Shown here: one piece after another, positions 8,165 through 16,563 of the stretch
Layout of the letters: the number at the start of each line of letters is the position of its first letter
Numbering within the stretch: position 1 is the first letter of the stretch
Assembly: GCA_041666985.1 (NCBI GenBank)
Contig: JBAYFV010000002.1
Location: forward strand, 1-38,800
Direction: 5' to 3'
DNA from: Victivallales bacterium
GTDB taxonomy: Bacteria; Verrucomicrobiota; Lentisphaeria; Victivallales; GWF2-50-93
DNA length: 38,800 nucleotides
The notes under the pieces: model-generated
The model's input: the letters and a program-made list of their open reading frames with translations, nothing else
Told to the model about the DNA's origin: nothing
Database searches by the model: none
Translations under genes and position numbers: made by a program

Positions 8165-8619
8165 ATCTTACTATAGATATGGCGATGGACAGCGAAAAAA
8201 GCACTTATGCTTCTTATGAGACGGATTGCGCTAAACCATTAAATGAAGTGCCTATTCGGCACTCAGTTTCATCCGATAAGAGAAGAACAGGTTTTTTTAA
8301 CAAAAAAGTAAAGAAAAGACTTAATGGATTTCTCCTGAAAATTGAGGGAGATAAAGCAATTGTTGTTATTCAAGATGCAGACAATCATTATGAATATGCC
8401 ATTCCCATAAAAATTCTTGAGTCTGCGGGAATAAGTCATAGAAATCAGCCATTCGAGATGGATTATGTCGTGATAGTCACTGATGCTGGAATAATAACAG
8501 GGCAGGAGTTCAGACCTCTTGCTAGTAGGGAACATATGACACGTGAAGCAATAAGCCTGTCGTCCGAAGAAGTTAAATGGAGAAATCTTCTTTTAAAAGA
8601 GGAAAATGATAAAACTTGA
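8161..8619 (+). CDS. Hypothetical 152-aa protein, second gene of the cassette
   Basis: ATGA-coupled to the upstream gene and overlaps the downstream gene by 14 nt. No recognisable motif. Confidence 0.6.
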   Translation: MNLTIDMAMDSEKSTYASYETDCAKPLNEVPIRHSVSSDKRRTGFFNKKVKKRLNGFLLKIEGDKAIVVIQDADNHYEYAIPIKILESAGISHRNQPFEMDYVVIVTDAGIITGQEFRPLASREHMTREAISLSSEEVKWRNLLLKEENDKT

Positions 8620-9622
8620 CTTCTATGAATCAGGAAAAGGCGAAACAATTATCATCACGTTTCCTGGTGGTGGTATTGGTGTCGTTGACGCTCATCCTTC
8701 TGAAAAAGTCGACAGATTGCATATAATTGAACTTGTTAAAGATAAAAAAATACATTTTCTCTGTCTCACCCATCCTCACTTAGACCATGCAAAAGATCTC
8801 CTTGAGGTTGTCAGAATAAGGCAGGACTATGAATTCTGGCATACCGTTCCATCGCTAAGAAAATTTTTCTTTGTCTGCACCGAAAGAGAGAAATATCCTT
8901 CCCCTGTTGATGCTCTTACTGAAAAACTATTTAGAGATAAAGTCAAGGTATTGACAGAACTCTTTTGGCGTGTGAAAGACTGCAAGATCGTATGCCGTTC
9001 TCTATTGAACAACCAAGTTGCAACGGTTATCGATCAGGTTGAAATATACTGTTTAAGTCCAAGCGAGAGAATTAAAAACAAAATAGAAGATGTTTATGAA
9101 GATATTGTCCAAGGTAAAAATCATGAAGAGCCTGAAGAGAACAGTTTGTCGGCTGTTTTAGCTTTGAAATACGGTGATACAATAATTATTCTTGGAGGAG
9201 ATGCCCTTAAAAAGAACTGGAATGACGCTTATGAAAAAGCTCGCAAAATAAATTTAGGAAAGGCCTTGATTATAAAAGTTCCGCACCATGGAGCATCTAA
9301 CTCTTTAAATGCTAAATCCAAAGAAAATCATCGCAGTTATCTCGAGTTCTGTAAAAATAACAGGGGAACTAAGGCTGTATTGTTTGCCGGAGACAGTAGA
9401 CATCCGGATGAAGCTGTTTTCGCTAAGCTTAAGGGCAAAGCGGTTCTTCATTGCACTGCAAATGGCTTGAAAACACCAGTATATGACCCATTGGATTTAA
9501 AAATACCTGGCGCAAAATGTTTGACTCCATCGAAAATATGTAATCCGGTTATCAGTTTCACTTGTGATGACAAAGGGAATATTGTTAATACGATGGGACA
9601 CGACTGCAGTGTGTGTAATTGA
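8606..9622 (+). CDS. MBL-fold metallo-hydrolase, ComEC-type, with Cys-rich C-terminus
   Basis: HxHxDH motif in LCLTHPHLDHAKD. ComEC-like NSLSAVLALKYGDTIIILGGDA and KVPHHGASNS. C-terminal cysteines (HC..., C...C, FTC, CSVCN). 33% G+C in 8701-8800 by hand count. Confidence 0.85.
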   Translation: MIKLDFYESGKGETIIITFPGGGIGVVDAHPSEKVDRLHIIELVKDKKIHFLCLTHPHLDHAKDLLEVVRIRQDYEFWHTVPSLRKFFFVCTEREKYPSPVDALTEKLFRDKVKVLTELFWRVKDCKIVCRSLLNNQVATVIDQVEIYCLSPSERIKNKIEDVYEDIVQGKNHEEPEENSLSAVLALKYGDTIIILGGDALKKNWNDAYEKARKINLGKALIIKVPHHGASNSLNAKSKENHRSYLEFCKNNRGTKAVLFAGDSRHPDEAVFAKLKGKAVLHCTANGLKTPVYDPLDLKIPGAKCLTPSKICNPVISFTCDDKGNIVNTMGHDCSVCN

Positions 9623-9629
9623 GTTTAAT

Positions 9630-12158
9630 ATGATTCTTCCCGTCGAGAAAATCCTGCCGCAACTGAAAGCTTCTTTGGTTAAGGCTAATTCTGTCATCCT
9701 CAAAGCTCCGCCCGGGGCTGGGAAAACAACGGTTGTTCCGGTTGCACTTCTCGATGAACCGTGGCTTGACGGGAAGAGGATAATCATGCTTGAACCGCGC
9801 CGTCTTGCAGCCCGTTCAGCAGCTTACAGGATGGCCGACAATCTCGGGGAGTCGGTCGGGAAGACTGTCGGTTACAGAACGCGTACCGACAGCAGGATTT
9901 CGCGTGACACCAGGATCGAAGTTGTGACGGAGGGGATATTCACCCGGCAGATACTCGGTGATTCCGAACTGAAAAATGTGGCGCTTGTCATTTTTGACGA
10001 ATTTCACGAGCGCAGCATTCATACCGATCTCGGCCTTGCTCTTGCACTTGATGTCCAGACTGTCCTGCGGGATGATCTTAAGATTCTCATAATGTCGGCG
10101 ACCCTCGATCCCGAAAAGATATCTGTTCTCTTTGACAAGCCGGGACTGGTTTCCTGCGAAGGGCGAATGTTTGATGTCAACACCGGATATATGACTAAAT
10201 CCTCCGGGGAAAGACTGGAGGATTTAGTAACAAGGACTGTGAAAAAGGCTCTTGAATACGAGGCGGGGAGCGTCCTCTGTTTTCTCCCCGGTGTCGGTGA
10301 AGTCCGCAGGGTCGAGGAGAAAATACGATCTGAGTTGAAGCTTCCGGACAATATTATGATCCGTCCCCTTTACGGTGATTTGGATAAGAAGGAACAGGAT
10401 GAGGCCATTCAGCCAGCGCCTTCCGGGAAACGTAAAATAGTGCTTGCCACTTCCATTGCCGAAAGCAGTATTACAATTGACGGCGTAACTGTCGTGATTG
10501 ATTCCGGGCTTTCGAGGAAATCCGTTTTTGATTCCCGGACGGGAATGTCGCATCTTGAAACTGTCAGGGTGAGCCGGGCTTCCGCCGATCAGAGGCGCGG
10601 ACGCGCAGGAAGAACAGGTCCGGGAGTCTGTTACAGGCTCTGGGGCGAAAACGAGAATTCACTGATGCCGGAATACGACATTCCTGAAATCCTGGAATCG
10701 GATCTTGCGAATCTCGCACTGATTCTTGCCGAATGGGGTGTCGCCGACACTTCGGCTTTGAAGTGGCTCAATCCTCCTCCGTCTGCGAAATTCGCACAGT
10801 CAGTCGAGCTTCTGACTGAGCTCGGAGCGGTTGATGAAAAAGGAAAAATCACGGTGCACGGCAGGAAAATGCTCGCCGCAGGAACTCATCCGCGTCTCGC
10901 GAACATGATCATCCGCAGTTCCGGAATCGGGCTGGGGAGCCTCGCCTGTGACATAGCGGCGATCCTTGAGGAAAGAGATTTGATCAAGTTTACGACGAGA
11001 AACAGGAATTCAGATTTACGACTGAGATTGGATTTGTTAAGACACGGGCAAGATGCCTGTGCTGCATTAAATAGAATTGACGATTCCGTCAGGTGGCGTG
11101 TAAAGAACTTTTCAGAGGAATTCAGGAAAAGGCTTGGAATTGAATTTCGTGAATGCGGTTCGGAAATGGCGGGAGTCGTTCTCGGTTTCGCATATCCCGA
11201 CAGAATCGCCAAACGGCGCGAAGGGCAGGACTCAATATATCTTCTTTCCTGCGGAAGGGCTGCGAAGTTCGCAAACATAGAACCTCTTTCAAAGGAGGAA
11301 TTTCTGACAGTTGCCGAACTTGATGACAAGGAGAAGGATGCGAAGATCCTTCTTGCCGCGCCTGTTGCAAGAAGTGATCTTGAAGAATATTTCGGCGGCA
11401 ACATCAGGATTGTTGAAACTGTGGAGTGGAATGACAGGGCAGGTGCGGTGGATGCCCTCGGCAGACGTGTCTTCGGCTCAATAATTCTCGAAGAATATCC
11501 GCTTAGAAATCCGGACAGGCGTAAAATATACGGAGCGGTTTTGAACGGAATCAGGATGAGAGGGCTTTCAGTTCTGCCGTGGACCGATGAAACTGAAAAC
11601 CTGAGGGGGAGAATCGTGTTCGCCGCAGGAACTGACAGGAAAAACGAGTGGCCCGATCTTTCCGACGATGTGTTTCTGGAAAATGCCGGCGACTGGCTTT
11701 CCCCGTTCCTGGGCGGCGTGAGAAGAGTCGAGGATTTCAGGAAGATAAATCTGCATGAGGCGTTGAACGGGTTGCTTGATTGGAAACACAGGGAACTTCT
11801 TGATAAGCTTGCGCCATCACACTTCAAGGTCGCCAGCGGTTCCATGGTGCGGCTGAATTACAGGGAAGGGGACCTGCCCGTTTTAGCGGTGAGGGTCCAG
11901 GAGCTTTTCGGAACGAAAACCCATCCCTGTGCCGGCGGCGGAAAAGTCCCTGTCCTTGTTAAAATCCTCTCGCCGTCAATGCGTCCGGTTCAGACCACTT
12001 CCGATCTCCCGGGTTTCTGGTCGAGTTCGTATCAGCTCGTGAAAAAAGATCTCAAAGGCCGTTATCCGAAACATTTCTGGCCCGAGAATCCCATGGAAGT
12101 TTCCGCGACAAGGGGGCTGAAGCCGAAGGCGGGCGTTGCCCGCAACACAAAAGACTAA
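9630..12158 (+). CDS. hrpB: ATP-dependent DEAH-box RNA helicase HrpB
   Basis: N-terminus MILPVEKILPQL as in HrpB. Walker A APPGAGKTT, DEFHERS, SATLD, QRRGRAGRTGPG, and a long HrpB-type C-terminal region. ATG 9630 preferred to the longest ORF start 9564. 52% G+C in 9641-9740. Confidence 0.9.
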   Translation: MILPVEKILPQLKASLVKANSVILKAPPGAGKTTVVPVALLDEPWLDGKRIIMLEPRRLAARSAAYRMADNLGESVGKTVGYRTRTDSRISRDTRIEVVTEGIFTRQILGDSELKNVALVIFDEFHERSIHTDLGLALALDVQTVLRDDLKILIMSATLDPEKISVLFDKPGLVSCEGRMFDVNTGYMTKSSGERLEDLVTRTVKKALEYEAGSVLCFLPGVGEVRRVEEKIRSELKLPDNIMIRPLYGDLDKKEQDEAIQPAPSGKRKIVLATSIAESSITIDGVTVVIDSGLSRKSVFDSRTGMSHLETVRVSRASADQRRGRAGRTGPGVCYRLWGENENSLMPEYDIPEILESDLANLALILAEWGVADTSALKWLNPPPSAKFAQSVELLTELGAVDEKGKITVHGRKMLAAGTHPRLANMIIRSSGIGLGSLACDIAAILEERDLIKFTTRNRNSDLRLRLDLLRHGQDACAALNRIDDSVRWRVKNFSEEFRKRLGIEFRECGSEMAGVVLGFAYPDRIAKRREGQDSIYLLSCGRAAKFANIEPLSKEEFLTVAELDDKEKDAKILLAAPVARSDLEEYFGGNIRIVETVEWNDRAGAVDALGRRVFGSIILEEYPLRNPDRRKIYGAVLNGIRMRGLSVLPWTDETENLRGRIVFAAGTDRKNEWPDLSDDVFLENAGDWLSPFLGGVRRVEDFRKINLHEALNGLLDWKHRELLDKLAPSHFKVASGSMVRLNYREGDLPVLAVRVQELFGTKTHPCAGGGKVPVLVKILSPSMRPVQTTSDLPGFWSSSYQLVKKDLKGRYPKHFWPENPMEVSATRGLKPKAGVARNTKD

Positions 12159-12380
12159 CCAGCGCGCCAAGGTAGGAATCCGTCGTCTCCGCAATCTGGC
12201 TCGCCAAAAGTCAAATTTTCACCCTTATAGGGTATAAAAGGAGATAGAACTGAAAATCCTTCGATAAACTCAGGACAGGCCGAACATCGAATGGACATAG
12301 AGGTGCAGGAGGAGATGTGGATTTACGGTTATGGTCGGAGATGGGTTTGCCAAGAGGATTTGATAATGTAGAGTATTGAC

Positions 12381-12566
12381 ATGATTGCGAAATGCGTGAA
12401 AATCGGGAAGATCAAAAGGCCGTCCCAGAAGGATGAGTTGAAATACTGGCTTGGAAAGACGCCCGAAGAACGCATAGGGGCAGTGGAAATTCTCAGAAAG
12501 CAGTATCATGGAAATACACAGGGACTTCAAAGAGTTTATAGGGTTGTTCAACTATCACGGAGTTGA
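12381..12566 (+). CDS. Small 61-aa protein of the type that precedes nucleotidyltransferase-fold genes
   Basis: The pattern ...TPEERIGAVEILRKQY...GLQRVYRVVQLS is typical of short partner proteins found upstream of the GGYA...DLD nucleotidyltransferase family (from memory, unverified). Confidence 0.45.
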   Translation: MIAKCVKIGKIKRPSQKDELKYWLGKTPEERIGAVEILRKQYHGNTQGLQRVYRVVQLSRS

Positions 12567-12768
12567 ATATGTTATTGTGGGCGGTTATGCCCTTGCCTTT
12601 CTTGGAGCCCCGAGGTATACCGGCGATTTAGATTTATTCGTGAAGGCTGATCGCGGGAATGCATCGAAAATCCTTTCCGCCCTTAAAAGTTTCGGATTTG
12701 GCTCGTTGAAATTAAGCGAGTCCGACTTCTCCGAACCCGGCAAAGTGATACAGCGAGGCCTTGGGTAA
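12508..12768 (+). pseudogene. Truncated nucleotidyltransferase-fold gene (GG.A....G..R.T.DLD family)
   Basis: FKEFIGLFNYHGVEYVIVGGYALAFLGAPRYTGDLDLFV matches the N-terminal half of roughly 140-170-aa family members. The ORF stops at TAA 12766 right after VIQ.G, where homologues continue. The same frame stays open for 53 more codons to 12930. Confidence 0.5.
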
Positions 12769-12792
12769 GAAGGTCATGTAGTCAGAATTCAG

Positions 12793-12820
12793 CGGCCTAC
12801 TGCGGTGGCCGCAGTTTTAT
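12793..12820 (+). terminator. Hairpin plus T-run, terminator candidate
   Basis: GCGGCC (12793-12798) / GGCCGC (12807-12812), or alternatively CTGCGG / CCGCAG (12800-12805 / 12809-12814), followed by TTTTAT. Confidence 0.4.
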
Positions 12821-13031
12821 CAATAAAAAACTTAACTAGTTTGCGATCTCCGAGCGCAAAAGACGAAGAGGCCGATTGCGCCAAGGATGTCGCAAGCTAC
12901 TCAAAGCAAGTTTCAGAGGAGTCAGAATAAATCTGGATTTGAATTCAAATCCCGTTCTAGATCCTGACTTCTGAATTCCTGCAAAAAGCAAGTTTTACAA
13001 TCAGCTCAAATAAAATACGGATTTTAAAAAT

Positions 13032-13910
13032 ATGCCAGATGGAAATTACATGGGAAATCCCCTGAGAGATTCGCGCTCATGGCCGGTGAGTGCGGCCATG
13101 ATTATCATGATTGCGAACGTGCTTGTGTTTTTTATTCAGAAAATGACCGAAACCGGTGTGGACACCCCTATGGGATCAGTGATGTCGGACAAGGTTACGG
13201 AAGCTCTTGCCCTGGTTTCCACCGACGTGCGAAACGGTCAGGTTTACAGGCTTTTCTCGTATATGTTCGTCCACGGGGGGTTTGCCCATATATTCTTCAA
13301 CATGTGGGGACTTTATCTTTTCGGTTCCCTTCTCGAATCAAGAATCGGGGCGGCAAGGTTTTTCAATCTTTATGTGATCAGCGGGCTCTGCGGCGCCGGA
13401 CTCTGGATGCTTTCCAACTGGAACAGCAGTATTCCCTGCCTTGGCGCAAGCGGCGCTGTTTTCGGAATAATAATCGCCACCGCCATGTTCTTTCCAGACC
13501 TGAGGATCATGCTTCTTCTTCCCCCGATCCCGATGAAACTGAAGACTTTTGCGATTGTATTTGCCGTCCTTGAAGTGTTTTTTGAATTGACTGGCACTCA
13601 GCGCGGGGTCGCCCACCTTGCACATCTCGGCGGATTCCTGGGCGGATACCTCTACATAAGGATGCTTTATAAAAACGAGGTCTGGGACATATTCTCATTT
13701 CTCAAATCCGGGAAATCCAAGACGGGAGAAGGGATGTACTCGATGAACAACCCTCCTCCGGGATGGAATGTTTCGGACAAGGTGTCGCAGGCCGAACTTG
13801 ACAGGATTCTTGATAAAATGTCGCTTAGCGGCATCAACAGCCTTACCGAAACGGAAATGGAAACATTGCGAAAAGCGCGTGAGCAGATGCGTGCGGAAAG
13901 AGAAGGATAA
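13032..13910 (+). CDS. Rhomboid-family intramembrane serine protease with C-terminal soluble extension
   Basis: HIFFNMWGLYLFG (H-x3-N), catalytic GASGAVFG, and AHLAHLGGFLGG with the catalytic His. About 70 aa of hydrophilic C-terminal tail. Confidence 0.9.
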   Translation: MPDGNYMGNPLRDSRSWPVSAAMIIMIANVLVFFIQKMTETGVDTPMGSVMSDKVTEALALVSTDVRNGQVYRLFSYMFVHGGFAHIFFNMWGLYLFGSLLESRIGAARFFNLYVISGLCGAGLWMLSNWNSSIPCLGASGAVFGIIIATAMFFPDLRIMLLLPPIPMKLKTFAIVFAVLEVFFELTGTQRGVAHLAHLGGFLGGYLYIRMLYKNEVWDIFSFLKSGKSKTGEGMYSMNNPPPGWNVSDKVSQAELDRILDKMSLSGINSLTETEMETLRKAREQMRAEREG

Positions 13911-13913
13911 TCA

Positions 13914-15497
13914 ATGAAAGCGACCGGTAAAAAAACTTCACCAGCAAAAGCGCGGTTAGAAATCAAGAAGGGGGGGGGGCTTAAGTCGGCGGCGCCTAAA
14001 ACTGCATCCGCAAAGAAACATGTCAGGGAAATAGTCTGGCTTACAAGCGAGGCCTCGCCTTATGCGAAAAGCGGCGGGCTTGCAGATGTTTCCGGTGCTC
14101 TTCCCCAGGCGCTTTCAGGGAAAGGGTACAAGGTTTCGGTGATAATGCCCTATTATCCGAAGATGATGGGGGAACACAACAAAAACGTCAAAGTGCGCTA
14201 TCAAAATCTCGGCGTCCCGTTTCTGGGAAGGACGGAATGGGCGCAGATACTCGAGCAGAAGGTCAATCCGAACCTCACCTACTACTTCATTGAATATCAC
14301 AGGTTTTTCGACAGGCCTGCACTGTACGACTGGCGCGGCGTCGAGTATGGCGACAACTCTGAACGGTTTATTTTTTTCTGCAGGGCCGCAATGCAGGCCG
14401 TTATGGCGCTGAAACTCAAACCGGATATTCTTCACGCGAACGACTGGCATACCGCACTGTGCTGTGTCTACCTGAAAAGCGAGCTTTACAAATACTGTCA
14501 TAATTTTGACAGGACTGCGTCAGTCCTCACCGTCCACAATATCGCGTACCAGGGGGTCTATCATAAATCGCATCTCTATTTCACAGGACTCGGATGGGAG
14601 TACTTCACCCACCGCTGCCTCGAATTCTACGACCAGATAAATCTCCTCAAGGGGGGGGTGATGACGGCTGATTTCGTGACGACGGTCAGTCCGACCCATG
14701 CAAAGGAAATGCTTTCACCTGCATACGGGTTCGCGCTTGACGCCCCGCTCAGGGAACGGAATGCGGCTGGCAGGCTGAGAGGAATAATAAACGGGATTGA
14801 CGTCGGGAAGTGGAATCCCGGAACAGACAGGCTCATCCCCGCAAATTATTCCGTGGAAAACATTGGAGGGAAAGCCGTATGCAAGGAGGAGCTTCAGAAG
14901 AGGTTTTTGCTTCCGATACGCCCGCATTCCCCTGTCTTCGGGATTGTTGCGCGTCTCGCACAGCAGAAAGGCCTTGACGTATTCATCTCGGCAGTCGAGG
15001 ACATGCTCCTCTATGACGACATGCAGTTTGTGATACTTGCATCCGGCGATCCCGGTCTCGAAGGATCTTTTTCACGTATGGCGGCAAAATATCCCGCGAA
15101 GTTCGCAGTCCATATCGGCTATGACGACGGGCTCGCCCATCTGATAGAGTCTGGAAGCGACTTTTTTGTGATGCCCTCAAGGTATGAACCGTGCGGCCTC
15201 AATCAGATGTACAGCATGCGCTACGGCACTCCTCCAATCGTCCGGGCGACCGGCGGACTCGAGGACACCGTCATCAATTATGACCCGGAAGATTTCTCGC
15301 ATTCGACAGGATTCAAACTGTGGGATCTTAATCCGCGTTCACTTCTCAACACCATGCGCTGGGCCGCATCAGTTTACAGGCTTGAACCGGAAGGATACAG
15401 GCAGGTTCAGGTCAACGGGATGAAACAGGATTTCTCCTGGAACCGTACGGCTGACTTATATGAGAAACTATACGACGATGCAACTACAGCAGTTTGA
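13914..15497 (+). CDS. glgA: Glycogen (starch) synthase with Lys/Ala-rich N-terminal extension
   Basis: YAKSGGLADVSGALPQAL (K-x-GGL motif), HANDWHTAL and PSRYEPCGLNQMY. The 38-aa K/A-rich extension has no alternative in-frame start before the catalytic core. Confidence 0.9.
   Translation: MKATGKKTSPAKARLEIKKGGGLKSAAPKTASAKKHVREIVWLTSEASPYAKSGGLADVSGALPQALSGKGYKVSVIMPYYPKMMGEHNKNVKVRYQNLGVPFLGRTEWAQILEQKVNPNLTYYFIEYHRFFDRPALYDWRGVEYGDNSERFIFFCRAAMQAVMALKLKPDILHANDWHTALCCVYLKSELYKYCHNFDRTASVLTVHNIAYQGVYHKSHLYFTGLGWEYFTHRCLEFYDQINLLKGGVMTADFVTTVSPTHAKEMLSPAYGFALDAPLRERNAAGRLRGIINGIDVGKWNPGTDRLIPANYSVENIGGKAVCKEELQKRFLLPIRPHSPVFGIVARLAQQKGLDVFISAVEDMLLYDDMQFVILASGDPGLEGSFSRMAAKYPAKFAVHIGYDDGLAHLIESGSDFFVMPSRYEPCGLNQMYSMRYGTPPIVRATGGLEDTVINYDPEDFSHSTGFKLWDLNPRSLLNTMRWAASVYRLEPEGYRQVQVNGMKQDFSWNRTADLYEKLYDDATTAV
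13970..13979 (+). repeat. G10 homopolymer inside the glgA 5' coding region
   Basis: aagaaGGGGGGGGGGctt encodes KK-GGG-L. A second G8 run lies at 14651-14658 in the same gene. Confidence 0.95.
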
Positions 15498-16515
15498 CTA
15501 TCATCTCCCCGAAGAACTGATCGCGCAGCAGCCGCCGGAACATCGCGGCGAGTCCAAAATGCTCGTCATGGACAGGCGGACGGGTGTCTGCGAAATTCGC
15601 AGTTTTACGGACATCTCCGGATATCTGGAAAAGGGCGACTGCGTCGTCATAAACAACACAAGAGTCCTGAATGCCAGGATTTACGGGCGCAAGAACGGCG
15701 ACGGCGCAAAAGTGGAGATACTTTTCCTGAAGGAGATTGACGGGAGGAAATGGATCGCTTTCCTCCGTCCCGGAAAAAGAATGCACGCGGGGACAAGAAT
15801 CAAAGTATCCGTTCCGGACGGTTCCGAATTGTGGGTCAGCATAGCCGCGAGAAACCCTGACGGGACTTTCACCGTAGAATCGGAAGGGGTTTCGATAATG
15901 GAGATCCAGGGGATGGCTGGACACGTTCCGCTGCCGCCTTATATCAGAAGAGATGATGTGAGTGCCGACAGGAACAGGTATCAGACTGTTTACGCCAAGA
16001 AAGAGGGGGCTGTTGCCGCGCCCACCGCGGGTCTTCACTTCAGCGAAGGGGTTTTTGCGGAATTCGCAGAAAAGGGGATCGCAGTCGCCGAACTCACGCT
16101 TCATGTCGGACCCGGCACTTTCCTTCCTGTCTCATGTGAAAATATCGAAGAGCATAAGATGCATTCCGAATATTTTCTTTTGCCGGAGCCGGCAAAAGAA
16201 AATATAAATAAGGCGAAGAGGGAAGGAAGAAAAATACTTGCCGTGGGGACAACTGTCGTGCGCGTCCTTGAAACGTGTGCAAACGATGATGGAACTGTCA
16301 GGGCGGGGCAGGGGGAGACGTCAATATTCCTTTATCCGCCCTACAGGCCCAAGGTGGCGGACATGCTTCTCACAAACTTTCATCTTCCGAAAAGCACTTT
16401 GCTGATGCTGGTCTCGACTTTTTCAAGCCGTGAAGATGTGATGAAAGCCTATGAAATGGCCAAGGCGAACGGGTTCAAGTTCTTCAGCTACGGCGACTGC
16501 ATGCTGCTGAAGTAG
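15478..16515 (+). CDS. queA: S-adenosylmethionine:tRNA ribosyltransferase-isomerase
   Basis: MQLQQFDYHLPEELIAQQP, TAGLHF, AVGTTVVR, LLTNFHLPKSTLLML and FFSYGDCMLL. ATG 15478 overlaps the glgA end by 20 nt. Confidence 0.9.
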   Translation: MQLQQFDYHLPEELIAQQPPEHRGESKMLVMDRRTGVCEIRSFTDISGYLEKGDCVVINNTRVLNARIYGRKNGDGAKVEILFLKEIDGRKWIAFLRPGKRMHAGTRIKVSVPDGSELWVSIAARNPDGTFTVESEGVSIMEIQGMAGHVPLPPYIRRDDVSADRNRYQTVYAKKEGAVAAPTAGLHFSEGVFAEFAEKGIAVAELTLHVGPGTFLPVSCENIEEHKMHSEYFLLPEPAKENINKAKREGRKILAVGTTVVRVLETCANDDGTVRAGQGETSIFLYPPYRPKVADMLLTNFHLPKSTLLMLVSTFSSREDVMKAYEMAKANGFKFFSYGDCMLLK

Positions 16516-16540
16516 GGCATTGACTATTCCCAAAAGTGAA

Positions 16541-16560
16541 GATTTCGGGGAAATCCCCGG
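16541..16560. terminator. Small hairpin between convergent queA and the GH5 gene
   Basis: CGGGG-AAAT-CCCCG (16546-16559) overlaps GATTTC..GAAATC. It lies between stop codons at 16515 (+) and 16564 (-). Short stem, so weak. Confidence 0.35.
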
Positions 16561-16563
16561 ATA

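Noticed and set aside
10886-11845. 319-aa ORF antisense to hrpB
   Set aside because: It is a Ser/Leu/Arg-rich shadow ORF, and the opposite strand encodes conserved helicase motifs. The same reasoning applies to the antisense ORFs at 1706-2284, 3341-3892, 15484-16104, 17290-17907, 24626-25339 and 25593-26156.
12778-12792. GTAGTCAGAATTCAG, matching GTAGTCAGAGTTCAG at 18453-18467 (14/15)
   Set aside because: There are roughly 1.5e9 position pairs, and the probability of one or fewer mismatches in a 15-mer is about 4e-8. Dozens of such matches are therefore expected by chance in this window. No extended similarity surrounds either copy.
12935-12952. Perfect 18-nt palindrome GGATTTGAATTCAAATCC with a T-loop-like TTCAAATCC, about 80 nt upstream of the rhomboid gene
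   Set aside because: It is not a tRNA: there is no acceptor, D or anticodon arm around it. A 9+9 perfect palindrome is expected about 0.15 times per window by chance, so it is not significant on its own. An operator role remains possible but unsupported.
13079-13573. 164-aa same-strand ORF in an alternative frame inside the rhomboid gene
   Set aside because: It is an Arg/Cys-rich out-of-frame read of a membrane-protein gene. No slippery site or start context suggests programmed frameshifting.
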